Origin: Antechinus flavipes
Lineage: Eukaryota
NCBI RefSeq assembly: GCF_016432865.1
Contig: NC_067400.1
Location: 624,402,001 to 624,466,000, forward strand
DNA: 64,000 nucleotides
Direction: 5' to 3'
In this document: positions 1-13,278 of the stretch, piece by piece
How the letters are laid out: every line of letters begins with the position of its first letter
Numbering within the stretch: position 1 is the first letter of the stretch
Made by a program: the position numbers and the translations under genes
The notes under the pieces: generated by a model
Told to the model about the DNA's origin: nothing
The model's database searches: none
The model's input: only the letters and a program-made list of their open reading frames with translations

Positions 1-325
1 CCAAATGTGGAATTTTAAGCTTATTCTTATTAAGTCCCACCTTATTAGAGCTGACTCAGGGTTCCCAAATATCTTGATTTTGATTCCCAATTGTTCAGTG
101 AGTTAGCTATCTTACCTGATTCTATGTCATCTGGGAATTTAAAAAGCCTCTATTGTATTTATCCACTCATTGGTCAAATAAAACAAAACACAAAACAAGA
201 GAGAGGGATCCCTGAGGCCCTCCCAGAGACACCTTCCAGGGGGACACAGATCCCTTAGTCAGCACTCTTTTTACACAGCTGACCACCAGTGTTCCAATCT
301 CCCTAACCACACTGGCCCGGCCCAG
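1..325 (-). mobile_element. Degraded L3/CR1 LINE ORF2 (reverse transcriptase region) fragment
   Basis: Minus-strand translation GSVSPWKVSLGGPQGSLSLVLCFVLFDQ..NKLKIPHL aligns loosely with the CR1 RT stretch W.EV.SGVPQGSVLGP.LFNIFINDL..KCKVLHL; multiple stops. Confidence 0.55.
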
Positions 326-570
326 TTCCTCGCCCTCATCCGCAACAAGGACGCAGAAGACTTCCACTTGGCTTGGACCGGGTTGGGTTGAATCACGTTG
401 GTTGGGGGCTTTGTGGAATTTCTGGAGGTCTCAGTGAGTTGTGTGGAGCGGTTAAGTTGTGTTGATAGGAGCCTTTGTACAAAGAGCCCTTTGGGCTGGC
501 TGTGGGGAGGACCTGGTCCTAGGACCGTCTTTGCCAGGGGTGGATCTGTCCTTGGTGGAGCCTCAGTAGT

Positions 571-782
571 GCTCCCGGCCCCTTCCACCTCCACGGGCTC
601 CCGGCCCCTTCCACCTCCACGGGCTCCCGGCCCCTTCCACCTCCTCGGGCTCCCGGGCCCTTCCACCTCCTCGGGCTCCCGGGCTCTTCCACCTCCTCGG
701 GCTCCCGGGCCCTTCCACCTCCTCGGGCTCCCGGCCCCTTCCACCTCCTCGGGCTCCCGGGCCCTTCCACCTCCTCGGGCTC
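571..782. repeat. 26-bp GC-rich minisatellite, 8 full copies
   Basis: Unit GCTCCCGG(G/C)CCCTTCCACCTCC(T/A)CGG starts at 571, 597, 623, 649, 675, 701, 727, 753, with a partial copy at 779. Confidence 0.95.
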
Positions 783-1158
783 TCTCTTCTTCGGTCGCAC
801 GGCACATAATTCCGTTGTCTGTGGTTGTACAGCCCTGAGGGAGACGACTGTGTATTTCCTGTGCTGCTGCATTTGTGCAAGGTCCCACGTGTCGTGCTGC
901 CTGTCTGGGATGTCTGCGCGGTCTGTCAGTGTGTGGATGACTTTTCTGAATAGGGCTGAATAGGGTCTAGGCCTTTTGGCTTATCGGGCCCCAAACTGCA
1001 CCCTCCCCTTGTCTACCTTAGTGTCTTCCTGTTCTAGCCCCCTTGCCCCTTCCTCAGCCCCTGAGAAAGTATGATGGGAGAGAGCTTTCTGGCCTTCCAA
1101 TCTGGCTGTTGGAAACTCCCAAGTGATCCTGAGCATGTCAAGGAGCAATTGGGGGGCG

Positions 1159-1160
<2 letters not shown>

Positions 1161-1236
<76 letters not shown>
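1161..1236. repeat. (GA)n microsatellite
   Basis: Direct reading. Confidence 0.97.
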
Positions 1237-3647
1237 GGACACACGCAGACACAAACACAGATGAGGGGGATGCAGGCAAAGATGCTTTCTTTCCCAAGCT
1301 CCCTCCTCCAGGTTCTGGGACAGAACTGTCAGACTAAGATTGGGGTCGGGGTCACAGGGAGGTATTGCCTCGGAGCAAGCAGTCTGGTGGGGGGTGGGGC
1401 AGGGCTGGGACGAACCCAGTTCTCCAAATAAACAGCCTTAGTCTCCCCTACCGGGCACTGCCCTTGGCTGAGAAGAGGAAGGGGGACCCAGACTGGGGGG
1501 ACAGAGAACCACAACCTGGGGACACCCAGCCTGCACCGGTCCTAAATTTAGGGCTGGGATGGCCCCCGGGCCAGGGTGTCCGATGTCTGACACCTAAAAA
1601 TAGCCCGAGGGGGGAAGGGCGGAGGAGTCCCCGGCGCGGTCTCTCCGGTCTCCTCCCGGATCTGGGTGTCTGCCTCCATCTCTCACCTGTGTGAGCCGGA
1701 CCTCCCCCTCCCCCCGGACTGCGCGCCCCCTGAGGGCAGGGACTGGCCACCGCGCCCACAGCGGCTCCCCACGCTGGCCCTTAATAAATGCCGGTTGAAT
1801 GGAACCCGCGGCTCCGTGTGCTGTTTGTGGGCAGGCCCGCTGCCGTCCGTGCGGCTCCCTCCGAGCTGCTCTCTTGCCCTCCCTCTCTTCCCCGCGGAGC
1901 GGGGGCCCTCGGGAGGCCGGGACGGGGGCTGGGGCCTGGCCAGGGAAATGGGGCTCCAGTCTCCCCGCTTCTGTCTCCGTCTGGGCCCTTATCTTTCCCG
2001 GGGCGCCTGGTTTGTGTCTCCCCGCGGGAAAGGCTCGGAGTGGGGATGGGGGGACGCGCTGCCCCGACTGACACTTCTCTGGCAAGGGAGAGAAGGAAGC
2101 CGGGGCCAGGACGCCTGGGTCCAAGAAGGGGGTGGGGAGGCGGGGAGGGAGGCGCTTAGGCCGGAGTCCCCGGCCGCCTAGGTGGACGGGGTGGGTGGGA
2201 CTGCTGGTCACTCCCCCCGATGGGCGGGGTCAGCCTAGCGCCCGCCCCCTGTCCCGGGAGCGGGCCGCGCCGCGCGGATCCCGGCGCCAGGGAGCAGCGG
2301 CCGCCAGAGCCCCGAGCCCAGGCGGGTGTCCCAAGTAAGGTCCGGGCCGAATGTCGGGAAGGGGGGGCGCGGATCTCAGAGTGCGGCCGGCCGTGGGTCC
2401 GAGGGGGCGGACCCCGCCGGAGCTTGGGGGTGGGACCCCGCGGGGAAACTGAGGCAGGAGGCCGGCGGGCCGGGCCCAGGCTCGGAGCAGTTCCAGGGCG
2501 TCCGCAGGCGGGCGGGGAGGCCGGGACCAGCATCCGCTTTGTTTCTCTGCCCCCCTTTTTCCGTTAGCTGGGTCAGGCCTGCCTGGGTCCCAGAAGGGGC
2601 GGGGACTGGGTCCGGACGCCCGGGTCCTCCGGGGAGCGCTGGAAGTGGCCCGCACCCTCTCTCCGCCTTCCTCCCCGACTCCCTGCCCGCCCCCGCCCGG
2701 GCGGCAGCTCCAGGTATGTGCAGCTGAAGTCCTGGGCGGGTCCCGGCCTGTCCCAATTCTGAGGGAACATTCCTGGGAGCCGCCTCCGGGACCCAGGAGT
2801 CCAGCCCCCGCCCCTTGGGGTCCGGCGTCCGACCCCAGCCCCCGCCCCCTCGGGCCTCAGGCGCCCCTGCCCCCGAGTGACCCGGAGCTCCTTGCCCTCC
2901 CCAGCCCCGCCCCCTCAGGGACTTTGGGGTCCCACTTCCCCCAGTCGGTGCCCCTTGGGGACCCAGGCTTCCTGGCCCCCAGCCCCCTCCGCTGTCTGGG
3001 AGATGGATGGGCCGTGCGGGACATAATCTTTTCCAGCCCTTGAGCCTCATCCATCAGCCGCCGCCCCTCCCCGACATCTGCTTCCCATCCCGGGCAGGTT
3101 CCCGTCACCTGGGAAGGGGCCTGCGCAGAAGGCCCTGTCTGGGGGAGGGGATGCCTGGGTCCTTCGGGAGGACACGAGGGAGAATCGCTCTTAAACTTCC
3201 CTCCTTTTTTGTTCCCAGGTGGTCCTGCCCCCCTCCCTCTCCCGGAATGGCCGGGAGGAGGGGGCTCCCGGAGACCCTGATGAGGGACCCTCAGAGCCCC
3301 CGAGCCCTCAGCCCAGGGTCCAGGAGGAGGTGGCCCTGAGAAGTCTGGTGAGCCTCGGATCTTCCCCTACCCATCTTTCTCCCTCTTTCCCAGGGTGCTC
3401 CGACTGGAGAAAAAGGGGGCTCAGCCCTCAGAGCCCAATGGCTTCCCCTTGCAGAGGGGGGAGTCGGGAGGCCCCCACAGGGGCAGACACTCTCCCAAAG
3501 GAGGCCTCCTCTCTGGAGGCCCTTTCCCCAGGAGCCCCTTCCCCTCCTCCCTGGAGCCCCCTTCCCAAGGGAGCCCCTTCCCCTCCTCCCTGGACCTCTA
3601 GGCTGCCTCTCTGACCAGCGCCCTCTCTTTCCCAGGTGGCCACAGAG

Positions 3648-4262
3648 ATGCTTCTCCCATCCCTCACGCCCCACGGCTGGCTCTGCCTCTCTCTTCTCTG
3701 GGGGCTGTTCTGCGTGGCCCCCCAGGAGCTACCACCGCTGCCCCCATTCCCGGGCCCCGAGTGGGATCTCCTGTCCCCACGGGTGGCCCTGTCCCGGGGG
3801 GCCCCCTCCGGGCCCCCGCTCCTCTTTGTCCTGGAAGCCTCCCTGGCGGCAGCCCCCGCCAACCGGAGCCGGCGGGAGGCCGGCGTGGGAGCGGGGGCCG
3901 GCCGGCGGGGCGAGCTGGCCGTGTGCGACGCCGTCAGCGGCTGGGTCACGGACCGTCGCACGGCCGTGGACCTTCGAGGCCGCGAGGTGGAGGTCCTGGG
4001 GGAGGTGCCGGCGGCAGGAGGGGGGCCCCTGCGGCAGTACTTTTTCGAGACCCGATGCAAAGCGGCGGGGGGGCCTGAAGGCGGGGCCGGTTGCCGTGGG
4101 GTGGACCGGAGACACTGGGTGTCCGAATGTAAAGCCAAGCAGTCCTACGTTCGGGCGCTGACCGCAGACGGGCAAGGGCGGGTGGGCTGGAGGTGGATCC
4201 GCATCGACACGGCCTGTGTGTGCACCCTGCTCAGCCGGGCCACGGCGGGGGGGCGGGCCTGA
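3648..4262 (+). CDS. NTF4: Neurotrophin-4 precursor, single coding exon, 204 aa
   Basis: Acceptor TTTCCCAG ends at 3635; ATG at 3648; signal peptide; furin site NRSRR; mature domain [78 protein letters not shown]. Confidence 0.97.
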   Translation: MLLPSLTPHGWLCLSLLWGLFCVAPQELPPLPPFPGPEWDLLSPRVALSRGAPSGPPLLFVLEASLAAAPANRSRREAGVGAGAGRRGELAVCDAVSGWVTDRRTAVDLRGREVEVLGEVPAAGGGPLRQYFFETRCKAAGGPEGGAGCRGVDRRHWVSECKAKQSYVRALTADGQGRVGWRWIRIDTACVCTLLSRATAGGRA

Positions 4263-4684
4263 TCCCGAAGCGGCCGCTGTGTGGCCTTGGGCAAACGCCT
4301 TCCCCCCTGCGCAAGCAGAGCCTCTCCTGCCCATGGTCCTTTCGGGGCTGCCCGGGGCTCGCCAACCTCCCGGCGGAGAACTTGTTTTCCTTTCGAATGA
4401 GAGCTCCCGGGCCCCACCTGGCACATTGAACAGGGGAAGCCTTGGAAGGGAACGGACTTACGCAAGGGCGCCCTGCTGGATCTGGGAAGTGACCGCCCCG
4501 TTAGACTGAAGCATCCTGGGCGCGGCCACCATTTGTGGTCAAGTTCTGGGAGTTGGAGGCCCTCGGCCCACCGGGGACCCAGTCGCCGGACTCAGAGGAG
4601 CACAGAGACCCAGGGGTCTCTTCCCACACCAGGGCGGAAGCAGGACCCCTGGTGGGGATGACTGTCAGCCAGCAGGAACCCTGA

Positions 4685-4760
4685 TGCTTGGAGAGGGAGT
4701 GAGCCCCCTGACCGTGGAAGTGTTCAAGCATAAGCTGAGCAGCTGGGCAGAGGGAATGGG
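4685..4760 (+). mobile_element. L3/CR1 3' end fragment
   Basis: GAGTGAGCCCCCTGACCGTGGAAGTGTTCAAGCATAAGCTG resembles the L3 3' consensus as recalled; short and diverged. Confidence 0.4.
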
Positions 4761-5614
4761 AACTGGGACAATCTTTAAACTCCCCTGCGTTTGTAAGGGT
4801 CTCAGTGGAGGAGCAGCTCTGACCGTGGGTGGGCCAGGCCAGTGGGAGCTGGGCAGATCCTAGCCCCGATGGAACATCCTGAGGTTCATGGGGCGGAGGA
4901 ATCAAAGACTGGTGCTGAAAGCCCTCACAGCTTCCATCCTTCAATTTAAGGGGCAGGGGCGGCTGCCTGCTTTGGTCCACTAGGACCATGAGCCCTACCA
5001 GTGGGTCATATCCCCATAACCTTCAGAGCTGAGGAAGGGTGACAGAGGCTCAGGCTGTGTCTCTGGGTCCCCGACTTCTCAGGGCTTCCGCTTATCTTTG
5101 CGTCTCCCCGAAGGCCATCTTTGGAACTTTCCCCAATATTTTTGGGGGGTTGATTCCAATATTCCCTAGACACGCCCATCTCTTTCTCTGTTTATATATA
5201 TGAATAGACATATTTCTACACTCTGTCTTTCTGCCCCTCCGCTGCTCCGGGTCTCTCGCGAGGTCCGACGGCTGGTGCACCGCTCTCTCCGGGTCTCCCT
5301 GCCCCTGCCTCCGGGCCGCCTCTCTCCTGCCCTTCCCCCTTCCCCCTAAGCTCTTTTTCACTCTCACTCCGTACTGGCCCCAGGTGGCTTTTTCTCTCCC
5401 TGGCTCCCTAATGCTCTCCCTCCCCCACCCATCCTTTACCTGGACTCTTTCTGAACTTCCCTCCCGCTTCCGTTCACCCTCCCCCCACCCCCAGCCCCGG
5501 CTCCCATTGGCCAGGTCCAGGCTCCGGCAGGTTCTGTCAGTCTCCTGAGCGACGGGACGGCATCAACAGGGGGGGAGGGGGGGAGGAGGAGGGGGGCCAG
5601 AAGGAGGCCGGGCC

Positions 5615-7169
5615 ATGGCGGGCCTCGCGCGGGTTTCACACAGCGGCCTCTTGGGCACCCCGGTGGAGAGTCCTGGAGGTCGGAGGCCAGCCCGCTCAGA
5701 CAGGCGACAGCTCAGCATCCCGCTCCCCTTTCCGCCGCCTAAAGGGCAGGTGAGCGGCCGCCGGCTCCCGGGGATGAGGGCCCTAACTAAGAGGGAAAGT
5801 AGGACCCCTCCCCCAAGGGGCGGGACTGGGGAGAAAAAGACCTGGAGGCCCGAGGCGCAGGGCTGCGGAGGGAGGGCGCCGGGGGTCTTTCACCCTGCCG
5901 AAATCCTCCCCCCTCCTCGTGCCCCAGCCCTCGGTCCGCGAAAGCCTTCCCCCAGAGGCCACGTGTGACTCCCTTCTCCTGGACCTCGACGAGGACTTCA
6001 GTCGCTGGGAGACGTCCTCAGGTGCGGCGCACGGCCCCAAGTCTCACGGCGGGATGTACGCGCAGCCCGACCACCGGCTCTCCTCTAGGATCAGAAAGAC
6101 GCTGGGGATCAAGGAATTGGGAGAGAAGGTCAGGAGCGGGGGATTCGGGGGAGGAGGGCGGGCAGGGGAAGGGGCGAGAGGCCTGCGAGGACTGGGGGGG
6201 GAGCGGGCAGGGGAGAGGGCCAGAGATCGGAGGGGAGGGGCGGACAGGGGAGAGTGCCAGAGGCCGGAGGAGATTGGGGGAGGGGGCGGGCAGGGGAGGG
6301 GCCGACGACTCCAGCTTCCCCCTCTGTGCTCAGCTTCAGCTCCGGCCCCGGCGGTACCCCTTGAGCATGGCGTACCAGAAAAGCGAGATGCGGGAGAAGT
6401 ACCCGGGCTGGCCCAACCTGGGCACCGAGACCAGTCCAGGGCCAGAGTTTTGGGACCGAGCCAGCCAGGTGAGGCCGGGCTGGGGGAGGGGGAGGGGGCA
6501 GCGGGGTGATGGTGCCCAGGACACCCCGAGCGCTCCCCTTCCCTCTAGGCCCTCAGCTCCTCCAGCAAGGACCCGGCCCTGTCCGAAAAGCCCTTCTTCG
6601 AGCCCTATCTGACCACAACCTCCCGGGACTTCCGCTACTACCCGAAGTGAGCAGTGGCCGCGGCCCCTCGGGGCGCCCCCTTCGGGGCATCGCTCCAGCC
6701 CCTCCTCAAGCTCCCAGGAGCCCCTGTCCGGGGGATTCAGGAACCCCTGACCCTCGGCAGACCCCTCCGGGGCGCGCTGGGGAAGGCTGGGCGGGAAGTC
6801 CTGCGGGGCTCGGGCGTCCTCGGCCCCCTCCCCCCCGCCCTGCGGCGTCCTGACCCGGACTCATCCTCGAGCAGGAAGGAGCTGAGTTTCCCGCCCTGGA
6901 GTTTCCGCAGCCAGCCTCCGTCGGGGGCGCTCCAGCCGAAGCGGCCCCTCCCCCAGGAGCCCTGCGCCGACCAGCCCGTGGCGCGCGTCCCCCATCGCGG
7001 GGCCTTGTCGCTGATGCGAGAGTCCTACGGGCCCTTCCAGCAGTCGCTGCCCCGGGCTGAGAGCTCCCGCCCGGGGGAGGCCCGGCCACGCCCGTCCCTG
7101 CCCAGCCTGCAGGCCCTCTACCGGACCGAAAGCTCCCGTTACGGCAGCCTCAAGCCCGACTTCGTCTGA
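5615..7169 (+). CDS. SAXO3: Stabilizer of axonemal microtubules 3-like, 5 exons, about 287 aa
   Basis: Exons 5615-5749, 5928-6128, 6334(or 6340)-6468, 6549-6646, 6875-7169 are all GT-AG and in frame (864 nt). Motifs IPLPFPPPKGQ, DEDFSRWETSSG..PKSHGG, YLTTTSRDFRYY, VPHRGALSL.RESY and YRTESSRYGSLKP match my recollection of human SAXO3, which lies immediately upstream of LHB. Confidence 0.8.
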
Positions 7170-7677
7170 ACCGTGTGCGTGGCTCCGGGGCGCAGGGGGC
7201 GGGGCCTCTCCGGGCACGCCCCCGGCGCTGGCCACACCCCCTCGGGCCCCGGAGCACTGCGCCCTGGCCGCGAAGAAACCCACCCCCACAGTCGGGGCAG
7301 GGCTTGGGGCCGGCCCACCTGCCCTGGGGGCCACTAGGAGAGGTGGGTTCTGGGAGCTGGGGCGGCGGGCATCCCACCTGGGCATCCCACCTGGGCAGGC
7401 CTGAGGTGAAGATGCATGGGGAGCCCCAAGGTTCTCCCCCCCACGACCTTGGGCCCAGTTCGGCAGTTCCCTGGGCTGCAGACTCAGCGCCCTCCTATCC
7501 CACCTGAGGCTTCGGGCCAAGGCCCCCCCCAGGTCAGACACAGTCTGCCACCTGCCATTCCCAGCTGTGAGGGGGCGGTGGCCTTGGACTAGCCCCCCCC
7601 CCCCCCTGCAGCCCAGGGACAGTGTCCCACCGATGTTTGGGAACCCTAAAGCCTGGCCCCATGTGCCAGCCTTCCAG

Positions 7678-7786
7678 TGACCTTGGCTCTGCCCACCTCC
7701 ACCTGCCCAGGGGATTAGTGTCCAGGTTACGCAGGCGAGAGCTAGAGCCCGCGGCCTTGCCGCCCCCACTGCCCGGGGCCTATAAG
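7678..7786 (+). promoter_or_regulatory. LHB: LHB proximal promoter (SF-1, Pitx1, SF-1/Egr-1, TATA)
   Basis: TGACCTTGG 7678-7686 (SF-1/NR5A1), GGATTA 7712-7717 (Pitx1), CGGCCTTG 7752-7759 next to CGCCCCCAC 7761-7769 (SF-1 plus Egr-1), TATAA 7781-7785. This is the established tripartite GnRH-responsive layout. Confidence 0.9.
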
Positions 7787-7821
7787 GTGCCAGGGCTCCG
7801 GCTGCCGAGGGGCAGCGCAGG

Positions 7822-8491
7822 ATGGAGAGACACCAGGTCAGAGCCCAGGACCCAGGGAGCCCAGGGTGGGAGGCGGCCTCCAGACCCAGGAAGCCCAAGA
7901 GGGAAGTGGGTGGGAAACCCCCAGGGGCGCCCTTGAGATACGGGGTAAGGGGTCTTGGGGGCTCCCCGCTCCAGAGGCTGAGCTGGACTCTGCCACCCCC
8001 TCCCCAGGAGCTAACGCTGCTGCTGCTGCTGCTGCTGGAGGCAGCGGGAGCCAGCCCCCTCCGCCCCCTGTGCAGACCCACCAATGCCACGCTGGCCGCC
8101 GAAAGCGACGCCTGCCCCGTGTGTGTCACCTTCACCACCACCATCTGTGCCGGCTACTGCCCCAGCATGGTGAGGCCGGGCGGGGGAGGGCCGGGGGCCG
8201 GGGAGGGCCCGGCTGCAGGCGGCCCCTCACCCAGCCTCCCCGCTCTTCTCCCAGGTGCGGGTCCTGCCAGCAGCTCCGCCTGGCCCCCAGCTGGTCTGCA
8301 CCTACAGAGAGCTGAGCTTCTCCTCCATCCGCCTGCCTGGCTGCCCCCCCGGCGTGGACCCCGTCTTCTCCTTCCCCGTGGCCCTGAGCTGCAGCTGTGG
8401 ATCCTGCCGCCTGAGCCACTCCGACTGTGGGGGCCCCAGGGCCCGACCCCACCTTTGCACCCGGCCCCATCTCAGCCTCCGCCTCCTCTAG
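7822..8491 (+). CDS. LHB: Luteinizing hormone beta subunit, 3 exons, 137 aa
   Basis: Exons 7822-7836, 8008-8169, 8255-8491; [15 protein letters not shown] signal peptide; [26 protein letters not shown] and 12 cysteines; closely resembles marsupial LH-beta. Confidence 0.97.
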
Positions 8492-8558
8492 GGCCCAGGC
8501 CTGGGGCTCCAGGGTGGCTCCTTCGGGTCCTTCCCTTCCCTCCAACCCCCCCGACCCC

Positions 8559-8564
8559 AATAAA
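8559..8564 (+). terminator. LHB: LHB polyadenylation signal AATAAA
   Basis: 67 nt after the stop codon, followed by U/GU-rich sequence. Confidence 0.85.
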
Positions 8565-8769
8565 GGCTTTTCATCTCACTCCTGGTGTCGTCTGCCTGCA
8601 CTCCCTACCAGCTCCTATTCCCTGGCACGACTCGTTTCCCCCACGCCCCCCCACAAAGTAACCCGAGAGGCAGGAGGCTTCCAGAACGGTTTTATAGAAA
8701 GTTCAAATGTCACAACTCAGGTAGAAAAGCGGGGGAGCGGGAGGGAATCGGGGCATCTGTCGAGGAGGC

Positions 8770-12694
<3,925 letters not shown>

Positions 12695-13278
12695 GTCGCG
12701 TTCCAACCGCCGTTCCTCCACTGCTAGGCAGGAAGCGGAAACGGCCACTAGCCCCGCCCTCCCCCAGCGATCATGAGGCTACTCTAGGCGGCAGCAGTCC
12801 TCCGGCTCCTCTCGGTGGAACAGAGGGAGGGGGGGATGCGGTCTGGGACATCAGCAAGCCAGGAAATGTCGACACTTCCCCTTTAAGAACCGCACGTCCC
12901 CCACGCGCCCTTGCGCCCAACTCGGCTCCGGTGCGCCGCCTCAGCCCCGGCCCGGAGACGGACATGTCCTCTCGGCCAATCGGCGGAGTCGCCCACTACG
13001 TTCGGTCCCGCCCGCGGGCGGAGAGCCCGAAACTCTGACCAATCAGGGTGCTACGTACCTCCCGCCCCGCCCCTGCAGCCTTCCTCGGTCCGGGAAGAGA
13101 GCGGAGATCGCGACGAGCCAATCAAGCGGCGCCATCCGCGGCGCCCCAATGGCGGGCGAGGGGGTGGGGCAAGGCCTGAAGGGGCCGCAGGGTCCGGCTG
13201 CGGCTGCGGCCCGGGGCTCACAGCCTCTGCCTCCACCTCTGCCTCGGGGCGCCCCGCGCCCCGCGCTTCCTCGCCGCC
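12695..13278. promoter_or_regulatory. Head-to-head RUVBL2/GYS1 CpG-island bidirectional promoter
   Basis: Divergent ATGs about 585 bp apart; four CCAAT boxes (near 12977, 13039, 13118, 13146), ETS-like GGAAGCGGAA near 12730, GC boxes, no TATA. Confidence 0.8.

Noticed and set aside
3210-3400. Extra acceptor-like sites upstream of the NTF4 coding exon (TTCCCAG near 3212 and 3387)
   Set aside because: Could be alternative 5' UTR exons, but no paired donors or in-frame extension can be supported without RNA data.
4263-8500. Chorionic gonadotropin (CGB) copies or NTF6-type pseudogenes
   Set aside because: Only one glycoprotein hormone beta gene and one neurotrophin are present, and LHB lacks a Ser-rich C-terminal peptide; those duplications are primate-specific.
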